From contig NC_043004.1 of assembly GCF_006345805.1 (NCBI RefSeq), forward strand, positions 19,654,001 through 19,718,000: a stretch of DNA of 64,000 bases, written 5' to 3'. The DNA comes from Octopus sinensis (taxonomy: Eukaryota). Positions 51,060 to 64,000 of the stretch are shown one piece after another; position 1 is the stretch's first letter; each line of letters begins with the position of its first letter. The position numbers were made by a program, and so were the translations under genes. The notes below the pieces were generated by a model. That model ran no database searches and had not been told where the DNA came from. It saw only the letters and a list, made by a program, of their open reading frames with translations.

Positions 51060-51850
51060 TTTGTTTAGTTGGTTGTTGCTGTTGGAGTGCTTTCTTCTCA
51101 TGGGTTGTTGCAGTTGGGGTTTTGTTGGTTGGGCTGGTTGTGCTTGCGGTGTATGTGTTGACGTATGTGGTGCTAGAGGGGTTGGCGAAGCTGTGAATGT
51201 GCCTGTGACTGTTGTAGGTCTATGTTCTGTATTTTTGGAGTGTGTTTGATGAGGAGTATGATGTTTTATTGTGATTCCTTTTCATTCTTCTTGATTTCAC
51301 TCTTCTTGATCTGCGTGTTGCAGATGAAACTCGTGTCTTAAGAATCGGGGGCTACGTCGATGATTATATTTGGGTTTGGAATAGCGAGAGAGAGGGAGGT
51401 CGTGGAAAACCTTCGTTGGGATAACCCGTGAGTGCTTTGTGTACCTGTTTTTATTATTCATTCTGTTGTTGAAGGGAGTGGTGGTGGTGCATCTGTCGCT
51501 GGCGATGTTGATGTTGTTGGTGTTGATGGTGTTCTTATTATTGCTGATATTCCTGAGATTGCTGTTTCTGTTGTTGCTGGCGTTTTTTATCTTCCAGCAT
51601 TTACTGATTTTGCTATTCCTGTTGTTGATGATGCCGTTGTTGCTAGGACTGGAGTTGTGTTACTTGCTGGTCATTAATGGTTTGGTTGTAGAGGCTTTTG
51701 CGTACCTGGTGTTGGCAGAAAGGGACTTCCATGGTTTTCTATTGGAGGAAGAAAACGCTCAAGTAACCCGTCTCTCCGCACAGATGTCACCGTGTATTTC
51801 TATTCTCAAGCGTAAGGTGTAGCCCTTTTCTTCTTAGAAGGCGAACGATG
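51060..51850 (-). mobile_element. Tx1/L1-like ORF1 remnant (zinc-knuckle-like and low-complexity region)
   Basis: Frameshifted IC(A/G)ETGYLS knuckle-like remnant at ~51750-51790, followed by a T/P/N/Q-rich low-complexity tract like that at 17740-18140. Confidence 0.45.
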
Positions 51851-52041
51851 TCAGTGATCTTATGTCTGGTTTAAAAAGACTAATTTTCGCGACGGGTCTC
51901 CTGCACCTCCAGGAGGCTATCACTTCCTTGGAAAACAATGTGGTTTTGATAAACATTTTGTAACAAAATACGCAATAAAAAAACTTTCAGAGACAAAATT
52001 ACGAGCAAAACAATTCCGAGCAAGCAAAAGCGCGCATTCAA

Positions 52042-52216
<175 letters not shown>

Positions 52217-54320
52217 AAAAGTAAAAGAGTATGTACCAAGTAAGTAGGAAGATGAGAAATTGGACCTGACGGTATTCAAATGCTTTGGATAAAGAATCTG
52301 ATATGCTGCCATAAAAGAATAGCTGGGCAGCTTAATGCCATGAGGAACAGAAATGAAGAGATAAACCTGTATCATATCACCCGTTGATGCAGAAGTTGGT
52401 CACTGAAATAATCGTTCATGAAATGTATGCAATTCTGAGTGATAACAAAAAAACTGAATTTGTAAATTATTGGTTTTAATAAATCGTATATTTAAATTGT
52501 TTATCGATGCAGACATCCAGTGGTTAAAAATTGCTTGTTAACAGTTTAAAAATAAATTGTCTATTAAGCTGTTACAGAGCACTTTTTAAAGGGCAGTTTT
52601 AGCAAATAACCAATATGATAATACCTCAGGGAGGCTATCTAAACTTCAACAATGATGCTTTTCATTGCCACAAGTACGTGCTTGCGAAATACATTGCTCT
52701 TGATTAGCATTTCCAACTCAATGAGTCAGGAAACCTGTAAACAAAGTTACGAATCAAATGTTGCTTCAATCTTAAAGTTTGAATATGCATGATTTCACTT
52801 GAAACACAAACAACCACTCTCTGTCAGATACTGAACATATTTTCTCAATTTCACTTTTAAATAAAGAAATCTGCAATGTTTTCTTAGCGTGATTTTCGAT
52901 TCGATTTTATTTTAGCGAGGGGCGCTGGCAGATTGTACCTGTTTCATTTTAAATCTTGGAACCTTGAATGATCTTCAGGCTCTAATGCTTTATTAAACCT
53001 TTTGTTAGTATTTCTATTGAAACACATTGCTTTTGTTTTAATTAATTTTGAAAATAATAAAAAATTTAGTTAAAATCATTTTGTCCTTATAAATGTGATG
53101 CTTGAAACAAATTAAGATGAAATTTTGATGAGAGATTTTCATTCAGACCACTTAAAAACAAGTAGTTTGTGTCATAACAATAGGGGAGGTCTCAGGATGG
53201 TTAGTATCAAAAGGGTTAGCGCTTGTGAAACCCTGGCTAAGAACAACAACTGCAACGACAACAATAACGACGATGACGAAGAGGATGACAGCAAGAACAA
53301 CAAGAGTACTACTAATGAACACTACACCACCATCAGTGAGGAAGGCATTGCAAGCTAACTAAGAAGCTTCTAAGTGGTCATTCAATTTGTTAGACATAGC
53401 AGCCAAATTTCTACAACCTATACCCTACTGCATCAAGAGGACACACTGGTAACGGCAAACTTACCCAATCCTAAAAATGATGGTTATGTTAGGACAGTCT
53501 TTGATCATAACTTTACCTAATCACTGCTAATTTGGGCTAAACAGCAGCAACACAGAATATCACATCCATAAAAAATATAACAACAAATGCAAAAACAAAT
53601 TCAGGGAATGAAATTCATCAGAAGCCTAGAGATAATTTATTCTAATTAGTGTGAGAAGTGAGTCTTCTTCTTTCTCCAGCGCAAGTGGCTTCCCGGGGGA
53701 CCTGCGATGCTATGACATAAAACAAACAGGAAATTAATTCTGGATACCTAAGGCAATGAGAGTGCTTCTGAACCGTCGTTTAAAATGACAGAAATAGCAT
53801 TTTCCATGTTATTTCTGCTATAAATGAATAGCAGATTCACCAGTTCTAAATTGCCTGATTCACGGTTTTCTTTAAAATCTTTGTAACTTCCTGATTTGTA
53901 TATCAGCCAGGATACTTCTAAACATTCGTATATGGTAATACTGCAGTAGCCTCCGTACACAATATTATACATCAGCTCTAGACAAAATCGAATATGTAAC
54001 GGGTTTTCTGTACTTTTCAACCGAACCATTTTAAAAATCATTTTTAAAATCTTCACTATTTGATTAAAAACTGTTGACAGCAGAAAGAATGAAACACAAA
54101 ATTTCTTTTATCAAAACATCTGCAATAGACTATAATCAATGCACAAAATAATTTGATTTTGTATCCGTGTATAGCGCGCAGACTACGTTTAAATTGCATC
54201 AGATTTTAAGAGTCGGTCATTGTTTCGTGGCACTGTATGTATGTATGTATGGATGTATGTATGTATGTATGTATGTATGCATGTATGTATAAAAGTCGGT
54301 ATGTACATGTATGTATGTAA

Positions 54321-54860
<540 letters not shown>

Positions 54861-54913
54861 TACGTATGTATGTGTATTTTCATAGTTGTAGGCATACATA
54901 TATTCATATGCAT

Positions 54914-55080
54914 ATACGAAGGGGTGCTGAAAAGTTATCACGAAAGACCTCGTTGGAGACCCATCCTTCTGCGTTTTTTTACTGGGCTTAGAAAAACTAA
55001 AGGACCGCTGCCAAAAATATGTGAATGTCAGAAGGGAATATGTTGAATAAAATCATAGTTAACTGATCCTCCTGTATTTT
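54914..55080 (+). mobile_element. mariner-like internally deleted remnant
   Basis: TA-CGAAGGGGTGCTGAAAAGTT left end is joined to the coding tail [16 protein letters not shown], typical of mariner transposase C-termini. Confidence 0.6.
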
Positions 55081-56036
55081 CGTCTACCGAAAAGATACAG
55101 ATATGTAGGTGTGAATGTGTGAGTGTATACGTATGTACTTATGTCTATGCATATATCTTTGGCCAATACTTATCGGTTTAACAATAAACGTCAACACAAT
55201 CAAGCGAGAGATACCACTGGAAATATTCGTTTATGTATCGAGTTACTGATGATTCCTTATCAATGAATTAATGATTAGTTCATTGTGAATCTGTATCCAC
55301 CGTTCATAATTGCAACAGAATAGAAATGCATAAAAAGAAGCCATAGAAATTTATCAAATTCTATTTCATCTGTTCTACTTTATATACTAACTACCATGGA
55401 AACCAGTCCATATTTCAGTAATATTCAACGTTGTCAAATACACTTTTTGACATAAAAGTTATATGAATACGTTGCTTCATATTTCTGAACCTTGTGTTGT
55501 ACGCATATTTTAACAAAAGCCAATCATTATCTACGACTTGACTTGTTTCTATGAGATCATACTTTTCGATGTGAGCAGCTTTATCTAACGATAGTCTGTC
55601 TTTGAAAAAATATATCGCCAGTTTAATGTATTTTTATGTTTTAAATTTATTTCACTTTTTGGTTTTTGAAGACATTTATTTAATACAAATATGCTTTACT
55701 GTTTATATTTCATTGATTTCATACACAATAATAAAAATCACTGGGAGGCATTATATAAATTGAATTATTGGCGAGTAATATATTAAATAAATTTTTATAT
55801 TCCATTTCCGTCAATCATCTGCTCTACTAAACCACCTATAGCAATAACTGGTATTGAATGAATCAGTCAATAACTGAACATATAAGGGAGAAGATAGATA
55901 TAAAACATATGATAATATTAAATATAAAAATATTATGAATAATATTTTAGTTGTTAGAAGCAATTTTACTTTCAAAATATTCTAAAACTTTACTCAAGGT
56001 AAAATGCATATTCTTTCAGATAAACTATGACATAAT

Positions 56037-56440
56037 AGGCGCGGGCGTGACTGTGTAGTAAGATGCTTGCTTCGCGACCACATGGTTCCAGGTTCAGTCC
56101 CACTGCATGGCATCTTGTGTATGTGTCTTTTCCTCTAGCCTTGGGGCGACCAAAGCCTTGTGAGTGGATTTGGTAGGCGGAAACTGAAAGAAGCTCGTCG
56201 TATATATGTATATATGAGTATGTCTTTGTGTCAGTTTTTTTTTACCACGCCTCCTCACCGATTGACAACTAGTATTAATGTTTTTACGTCCCTATAACTT
56301 ATTGGTTTCGCTTAAGAAAACGATAGATAAATACCTGGCTTAAGAATGAACACTTGGTTTGATTCGTTCGACTAAACTTCTGGAAGTTGGTGTCCCAGCA
56401 TGGCCGCAGTCTAATCTGACTGAAACAAATAAGAGATAAT
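56037..56440 (+). mobile_element. SINE family A
   Basis: GGCGCGGGCGTGACTGTGTAGTAAG...GGTTCAGTCCCACTGCATGG...CCAGCATGGCCGCAGTC. Confidence 0.85.
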
Positions 56441-57959
56441 CGTTTATTTAATTTTGCAGTCTTTGCAATATTCATTCCATATTGAGCATTTGCGTTTCAG
56501 TAATTGGTTTTAGAAATGTCAAAACCATAGTATTTTTCACTTCACTCTTTACAGTTTTAAATTATTACATATATGGTTTTAATATGTAAATATCTTGATT
56601 CCTATACTATTACATTCGTGTTTTTGAGCATTTTGTGTAATTACGATAATAACACGTAATGACAGATGTTATGGAACTTTTGTATCGCAAGTTCTTTTGA
56701 TGGTTATTGGCAGTAACCTCTGTCGCAGTGAATAACATCAACCTCAATAAATAAAAATTAGTGAGTTTCAAGTGATTAGGCTTAAGTGGTTCACAAAGGT
56801 ATACGAATGATATAGTCACAAGTTTTTAAACTGTGTTATTAGATCAAGATATACAAGAAGGTTTAAAATATTAGTATTGGCCTTAAGCATTCAAAGAAAT
56901 TATGTTTGAATACACACATTGCAGATAATTGTACATGATAACCCATTATCGCTTTATAATTTTTGGATCTTATTGTACCTAAAAGACATATAAAGAGATA
57001 GGCGCCAATGCAACTTTATACATTAACATATAACTACTTTGAATGGTAGAGCCTTATTGCAGATTAAAGCAACTATCAAAGAGAGAAATATTACTCTTTA
57101 CTCAATAATATAGTTCTCTGCAACCGCCAAAAAATGTTATTATGTTGAGAGCAGCTACATATACTAAAAGTTAACGAAACCGGTTGTGTGAATAAAGAAA
57201 CTATAATAAACGTTTTACTCAACTTTTCTCTTACATAACAGATGAAATCTGACATACAGTTTCAGCAATTAGTTATTTCGTTTCTTAACCAACACTCCAT
57301 CTTCATTTTATTAATATTATAACTAGACTCTAACCTGTTCACTAAGACATCACATGCTTTGCGTATAATCGTGTGGTGTATCTATCATCTTCATTGCAAT
57401 ATCTTTTAACTGGAAAAAATATCTTTTACCTTTCTTTCATAACTACTACGGACACATTGATCTCCATTAACAGAACTAATGATACAAGATCGCCATAAAC
57501 TCTATCACTACTTATTACTATCATTATACGAAAAGCACTTTATGGCTTAGTGGACAGATCAGAGTTTGGTTATTAATAAGCTATTAAGTAGTTATTAATA
57601 AGCTATTAAGATAATGTAAATCTAAGTCTTAATAAACAACCATATCATCGTCACTGCACCACCACCATCACCACCACTCCCCTATGATCCTCATCACCAT
57701 CATCATCATCGTCATCGTCGTTGTCGTCATTATCTTGTCCTCGCTGGTGTCATCGTCAACACCATTATCATCAGCACTTCGTTAGACGTATCAGCTTTCT
57801 TAACGAGAACAATTAGGAGGAAGACATAAATAATAATAACAACAAAGGCGCAAGGCCAGAATATAGAAGGCAGTGTTCTATCGATTAAAACGACTACAGT
57901 TCTCACCGGCAACATTTTTGTCGACCCAGTAAGGCTGAAAAGCAAAGTTATGAACTACG

Positions 57960-59450
57960 GCCTTAAATAGCCAGAATGATATCTGGTCGGTTATTCTGAA
58001 TTTTCCGATCACTCTCAGCACCGAAATTCCAAAGGATCCTGCCTTCAGCATCCTCGACTACTTATGGTGGTTTATGTTCTCATCAACTCTCTTTGCATGT
58101 GAGGTTGTATGTGCGGTATATTGATACTGCATGTACTGAGACAACACTGTCAGGTCGTTGCAAGTACCCTATTAGTGGCAGTCGATGTTGCCGATTTTCT
58201 CACGACGGTCTCCGCATACGTGACAGGATGGATTATTTTCATGTTCCAGAACTCTACACTGGTAATTCTTGGTTGGAATGTACTGATCCCGAGGAGCCAT
58301 ATTATTCCCTTCAGTTTCCGGGTCGAGCCCAGAGCACGCCAGCTGCTAATGAGTAATAGTTTGGTCTACACCAGGGTCCCTGGCCTTTATCACTTATTTG
58401 CCATGCTGTGGTTTTTGCTTCTATTTCTACTTAGCGTATCGCAGGGTGGTTTGTTTGGCTTTCCGTATGTCTTTCTTTTGGTTCGCTTTTTCAGTTGGTA
58501 AAGCGTTTTCTTCGGCTACTGGTTCACCCAACTGCATATCCTGAAGGTGTATTATTGCATTTTACGTCACTAAGTCCAACTGTTTGGTATGTCTATATTT
58601 CAGAATCAGCTCTAACATACAACTTCTTACTTCTTGCAGGTATGCAGCAAGACCCATCGCTGCAGTTATTAATAGGATTGAGATTGTATTAACCACTGAG
58701 TTTTATTTTCTCGGAAGTTTTTAATCGACCTACTTTTTGGGTGATTTATATAATGCCTATTCATTAGTTTAAGGATTTTACAACTTTGTTATCTCAGAGA
58801 TTATTAGTTAGTAACATTGAAGCTGTATGTGACTATTTGGTTAACGTGCTTATGGCCTAAGTTTTGATTCTGGTATTGAACCCAATTCCCATAATAGCCC
58901 TTACTTAATGATAGCATTCCTTTCTTAACTTTTCTCTTACTATTGAGCACTTATTTTTATTTCCTTCATAAACACCTAGATATTTCTTACTACCATCAAG
59001 TTCTAAATCTTTTCTTTCCGTATCTCTTGCTAGAGTGGTGTTGTATGTATTTGATAGCTTTTTCTTGACAAATGTAGCCTAGGCGCATTTGTCAATCCCA
59101 AATTCCATTTTGATGTCATCACTAAATTGTTTGGCCGTATGAAAGAGCGCTTGCAATTGTTGATCAGCTTTCGCAAAACGTTTCGACTCATCCATATAAA
59201 GAAGTTGGTTATTGGATTTCGCATACATCTTGTCTCCATAATTTGTTTCACTCAAGAATTTACTAAAAGGAAACAATGCTAAATAAAATAACAAAAGAGA
59301 AAATTAATCTCCTTGAAAGATGAATAGTGACTCCAGAATTTATAGTTGTAGTGTTTGTGTTGACAATTAATATAGTTTTCCAGAGCTTCACGACATGATA
59401 TAAAATATCCTGAATATTGGTGGTAACATCTCCAAAATGAATATAGAAAA
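57960..59450 (-). mobile_element. R4/Dong-like LINE (RT, zinc knuckle, RLE), degenerate
   Basis: FQGD, LLYMDESKRFAK...FSDDIKMEFGIDKCA, ETEGNIMAPRDQYIPTKNY...SCHVCGD and ILWNFGAESDRKIQNNRPDII. Confidence 0.88.
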
Positions 59451-60399
59451 CTCTAATATCTAACACTCACAACAAAAATGTAGGTCGGAGTAGTTCGTAA
59501 AATCGAACAACATATTTTTATCACAGAAGCTAATCCAAAAGAGATTAAAGAGTAACAATATATGTCTCTATTAACAGAAAGACGAAAGTAGGACGATTCT
59601 CCAAAGCCTAACCGAACTGTGCCCAGAGAAATAATGAATATCAACAGCAACCATAAACTGAAAAGTCTCTGTTTCCTCAGTATCACAAACCAAATCGCTG
59701 GGCTTGGCAATTGAAATAACTTTAAGCCCAATATCAGAAATAGGTGAGCAAATACCTCACCACCTAGCAGTGCCAACCCATACTACCCCACTGTTACTAT
59801 GCGATGAGGAAGAAATTATAGCTGCAGATGAATATTTCCAAAGTGTTGGTAATAATATGAAAGGAAAAACTGCTGAAAAAGAAAACCCAACATAAAAATA
59901 CGAAAACAGGTGAGAAGAAACAACTTCTTCCTAGCAACAACGAAATACCTCCTGGTGTGTATAAGTAAATGGGGTGAATAAGTAAATGGTAATAACAAAG
60001 ATGACCTATGATGCTCCGTTCTCCAAAATCAAATAAACATTTAATAGATGAAATTACGCTGGTACCACAGACTCTCTGAAGTTATAATTGCACAAATGTA
60101 ATAGAGTGCAGAATATGAATTACACGTAAAAGACAGATTATCAAATCAAAAATGAAAACTATGACGTCATACTGAAATTAAAAGAAAATAAATACCTTCA
60201 AGATGTTGGTATCTTTCCACATCAAATATATCAAAATATGTTCACTGGTGCACTCAAATATAATTCGAGGAACGTTTTCGTAGACAAGATTATGGAATGT
60301 ACAATTCAACTAAACTAATAATCTATCATATGTCATTTTATTTTACCATCTTTATATTTAAGTTTATGAGCAAGCTACAATTGCTCTTAGGCGCCGCAT

Positions 60400-61140
60400 T
60401 CGTTGCCAATAACTGCTGCTTGGAGGACCGGGTACGCCGTAGGCATGTTCTGAGGTTTCACGTCTAGTGATTTGTTCCTACTGAACATGTGCGGTCACCG
60501 TTTGTCAAATACTTTTCCGTCAGTTCGCTTCTTTGATACAGCTGTTGTCCTAGGTCAACACCGACGAAATTTGGTATCTGTAATGTCAAATACTCACATC
60601 CCTTTACAAATGGAGCAATACAGCCGCTAGAAGTACTGCATTGGTGTTCTATAGAAGATTAGTGGGGAGTAAAAAGCTACAACATTCTCAGAAAACTGTG
60701 TCTTGATGAAAATCTATTAGTGGGTCTACTCCAAAGAACTTTCTGGTCTAGACTCAAGGTCAATTTTCTGAAATCTTTGCCCTGGTCGTGCTACTAGGAA
60801 GAAATAATCTTTACAGACACGCAAAGCCATCAACCGTGATGAGTGCATAGCAATGAAACCGTTCTGCACGCACTAGACCAGTGCTATTCAAACATTGTTG
60901 ACTTGAGGAGTTATGTCAAACAACTAATGCCCAAGTATAAAGACTATCGCACCACCCTCCTTTGACCGGGAAGGGTAGGCAGCTTTTTCTTATGGTAGCC
61001 TTCACAGAAGAGATTAATTAGAGGACGGAGATAAAATGGCTGAAGACAGACATCTTTCTCTTTAACTAAGCGTTCATCAGCTTTTAAAGCTTTCACTTGG
61101 AAAAGAAAGTGAGAGTTGAGCATTGTTGAGCATGGTCTAA
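60400..61140 (+). mobile_element. Tx1/L1-clade LINE ORF2 C-terminal fragment
   Basis: KSLPWSCY and SNETVLHALDQC (the ET..H...C zinc-knuckle of L1/Tx1 ORF2), heavily decayed. Confidence 0.6.
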
Positions 61141-61372
61141 GTGAACAAGCCTGTTCTAAGCATGAGATTGTAGGTTGGAAAAAACATCTGGGAGAGGCTA
61201 CTTGGTTTAGTTGTCAGGGTGAGCATATTGTTTTTGAAGTTTCGAGTATCTGCCTGAAATGTCTCCACTTCGGAGGAATTTGTCTTTGATTATTTTTTGT
61301 TTACAAGTAATTTTTATGCCATCCTACCCTGTATCGTCATCGATTTTTTGTCAACCTTTATTATTATTATTA

Positions 61373-61377
<5 letters not shown>

Positions 61378-61404
<27 letters not shown>

Positions 61405-61420
61405 GTTGTTGTTGTTGTTG

Positions 61421-61452
<32 letters not shown>
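61378..61452. repeat. compound microsatellite (ATT)9(GTT)7(ATT)9
   Basis: Counted from the sequence; matches I9-V7-I9 in ORF 61297..61578. Confidence 0.95.
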
Positions 61453-61631
61453 CTGTTTGACTTTTGCTTTATGTCTGTACAAGTTGGCTCCAAGTCTCAC
61501 CCAGAGACCTCAAGAGACAACAGGTTGGAAGTTCTGTGCCATATATTGGGGGGGGGTGTTGTACTAGTGAATGTCTAATACATAAAAATAAAATTTAAAA
61601 AAAAATAAAAAAAATAAAATAAAATAAATAA

Positions 61632-61699
<68 letters not shown>

Positions 61700-61740
61700 C
61701 ATATACACTCATCAGATTAGACTGTTGGAAAAGAAAATAA

Positions 61741-62115
61741 TCCTAACATCGGCCTACAACAAGTAACCATAGATGCCAAGAACCTTCCTAACTATCCCAG
61801 CTGTCCCTAATAACACTGTTTTCTGGGGATGTATTAAACTGTATTAAACTGAGTTTTATGTCTATTTTCTTTATCCAACTGTTCAGATCTTTAGGGATAG
61901 TTCCCAATGTACCTATAACTACTGGAATACATTTTACCCACACTTTCCATAGCTTCTGTAATTCAATATGTAGGTCCTGGTACTTTGCTATTTTTTCTAT
62001 ACCTCTCATATAAAATTTTCCAACATTAGGACTGTGAAGTCAATTATCTGGCATTTTCTATTTTCTTCATTTACTACTACTACTACTATACTACTACTAC
62101 TACTACTACTACTAC

Positions 62116-62160
<45 letters not shown>

Positions 62161-62420
62161 CACCACCACCACCACCATATCAGGCCTTCTAGCTTCTATT
62201 ACTTTGTCAGTCTGAATGTTAAAATCCCACAACATCTTGCATTTCTTACTTTCTATTGTTCATATCATTTATCAGTATGTTCAAATCTTAGCTTTCTACA
62301 TAGCTCCCAGTGGATTGCCCTTCCTAGATTGTCATGTCTTTTCTTGTATTCTTTCTGCGCCAGCACGCTACATTCATTGCTATATGAGTAACGCTTTCCT
62401 CATGTGCGTCTCATATACCA
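61741..62420 (-). mobile_element. R4/Dong-like LINE RLE 3' end, interrupted by a microsatellite
   Basis: KCKMLWDFNIQTDKVIEARRPD, then a microsatellite at ~62070-62180, then EKIAKYQDLHIELQKLWKVWVKCIPVVIGTLGTIPK. Confidence 0.88.
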
Positions 62421-62479
62421 CGTGCTTGGTCCATCAAAGATGTTCTTGTTTCTTTTATACGCGTTGTTTCCCTAGAAAA

Positions 62480-62900
62480 TGCAGGGGAAGATAGATGTTT
62501 TGAATGGATGGGCTTTGTTGACGAATATAGATGATCACACCAGAATGATGTCGAACACCTTGGAAGAGAAATAGTTGGCTCCATTCAGAAATAAGTTGAG
62601 GCTATAAAAGGAACAAAGATAAATCCAGGCAAGCCGGTGGGCTACAGCTTGGCACATGGAGAAGCAAGTTTAAGCTGTCAAAGAGCATAGTAAGCTGCCA
62701 GACAAACGGCCAGAATAAACTGAAGAGATTACGACCTACGTTTGGTTGCCATACACTGGAATATTGCCAGGTGTTTACTGCCCTCTACTTCAGCGATATA
62801 CTGAGGAATAGTAGTGGATAATAGCGATGAAATCTGGAAAACTATAGCCGTCGACGAGAACGAAGTAGCTGGGGTTGCTACTTGAGAATGTGGCACCCGG
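62480..62900 (+). mobile_element. Tx1/L1-clade LINE ORF2 RT fragment
   Basis: EAIKGTKINPGKPVG / QLGTWRSK (frameshifted) corresponds to the GAKIN..KS.GL.LG.W motif after the RT YADD. Confidence 0.55.
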
Positions 62901-64000
62901 GAACTGCAAAAGAAATTTCCAGAATTCCTTGTTTCTCAACATTTTTATCTTCTACTCTGTTTATCTCCACAGCAACCCACAGTCTAAAGCTCAGTCTCTC
63001 TCTCTCTCTCTCTTCCTTTCTGTCGCACACACTTACACGCACGAATAACACTAAATTATGCACATTATATTTATTAGTATCTTAAATTATCACAAAGCTA
63101 TTCATAATGATCAGCCCAGGTTATGACCAGTTATTATTGCCAATAGATGTGGTGAAAGGTAAAATTAACTATTTTAGAATCTGATGTTAACTTATAGAGG
63201 AACGAAATTAAATAATGTAGTTCATAATTCTTCTCGTTGGCGCTCCTTCTAAAACAAAAACGTTTATAGAAAATGTATATTGTAATAATATATAAGTAAC
63301 TTGAAGCCAGTATTTATTGGTTGTGGTTTCAAAAATTTTGAAACGTTTCATAGATTGTTATCAATTAAAAACAACCATTTTCATTAAGAATAGAAATCAA
63401 AAACTTTAATTTTACGAACGTTATAATCATCCTTGCTCTGTGGTTTCTAATGATGATATAGCGAATGTAACGGCCATAATTTCAATAGTCAAAGCATGTG
63501 AAATCTTCCACATACTATTTCATACATGTTGAGACACAATCTGTGAGCATTGTTTCACGTCCCCAAATATTAAATATTTTGGCAAGCTATCAAAACCTGA
63601 AAAAGTTAGCAAATTTGTGGTGGTGAAGAATATAGTGTTCTACAGGTCGACTGTGAAATAATTTCTAGCATATCTCATAAAGCGACAACTGCAAGTTCTC
63701 ATTAATTTAAATTCTTATAAACATTGGTAAGCATAATATATCTGAAGAAATAAAGATTGAATATTCTGACAATTTCGAGATTATTAAAATTGATTGAATC
63801 TTAAATGTCAGGGAAACGAAATTATATGTGCAACGTCGACCTACAACTTGATTACACGATATTAAATAACCTGAATTTATTCTATCTATAAGACATCTTG
63901 ACGATGATGACGAGGAGGGTGCGTACACCCTCTACCTAAATCCACCAACATTTGAAAGATGTGACGACATTGCAGATGATCCCTCCAACTAGAGATTGGA

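Noticed and set aside
59660-59910. Plus-strand segment between a ctcAG acceptor and a GTGAGA donor (ORF MAIEITLSPISEIG...)
   Set aside because: The frame stops before the donor; it sits against a LINE fragment and is probably element-derived.

Overview
This window is AT-rich, repeat-dense, essentially non-coding eukaryotic (metazoan) DNA, either intronic or intergenic. The tRNA-derived SINE families and very long (TA)n/(AAT)n microsatellites resemble octopus genomes; this is inferred from memory and was not searched. It contains no intact protein-coding ORF, prokaryotic operon, CRISPR array or rRNA/tRNA gene. Most listed six-frame ORFs are microsatellite translations. The identifiable content is decayed mobile DNA: Penelope-like elements (RT C-terminus plus GIY-YIG), R4/Dong-like, Tx1/L1-like and CR1-like LINE fragments, two copies of one Tc1 (DD34E) family, a DD37D/maT-like relic, a mariner remnant, MITEs and many SINEs. 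The most notable result is an intact-looking type I hammerhead ribozyme with an unusually long stem II (minus strand, 45711-45816), directly upstream of a Penelope-like ORF. Several decayed hammerhead-like motifs occur elsewhere. Other structures of interest are a 356-bp hairpin-rich tandem unit, a ~600-bp inverted repeat pair, recurrent foldback duplications next to (TA)n tracts, and two exactly symmetric A-B-A trinucleotide arrays. A few minus-strand exon candidates of an unidentified host gene are listed at low confidence. All boundaries and identities were estimated by eye.
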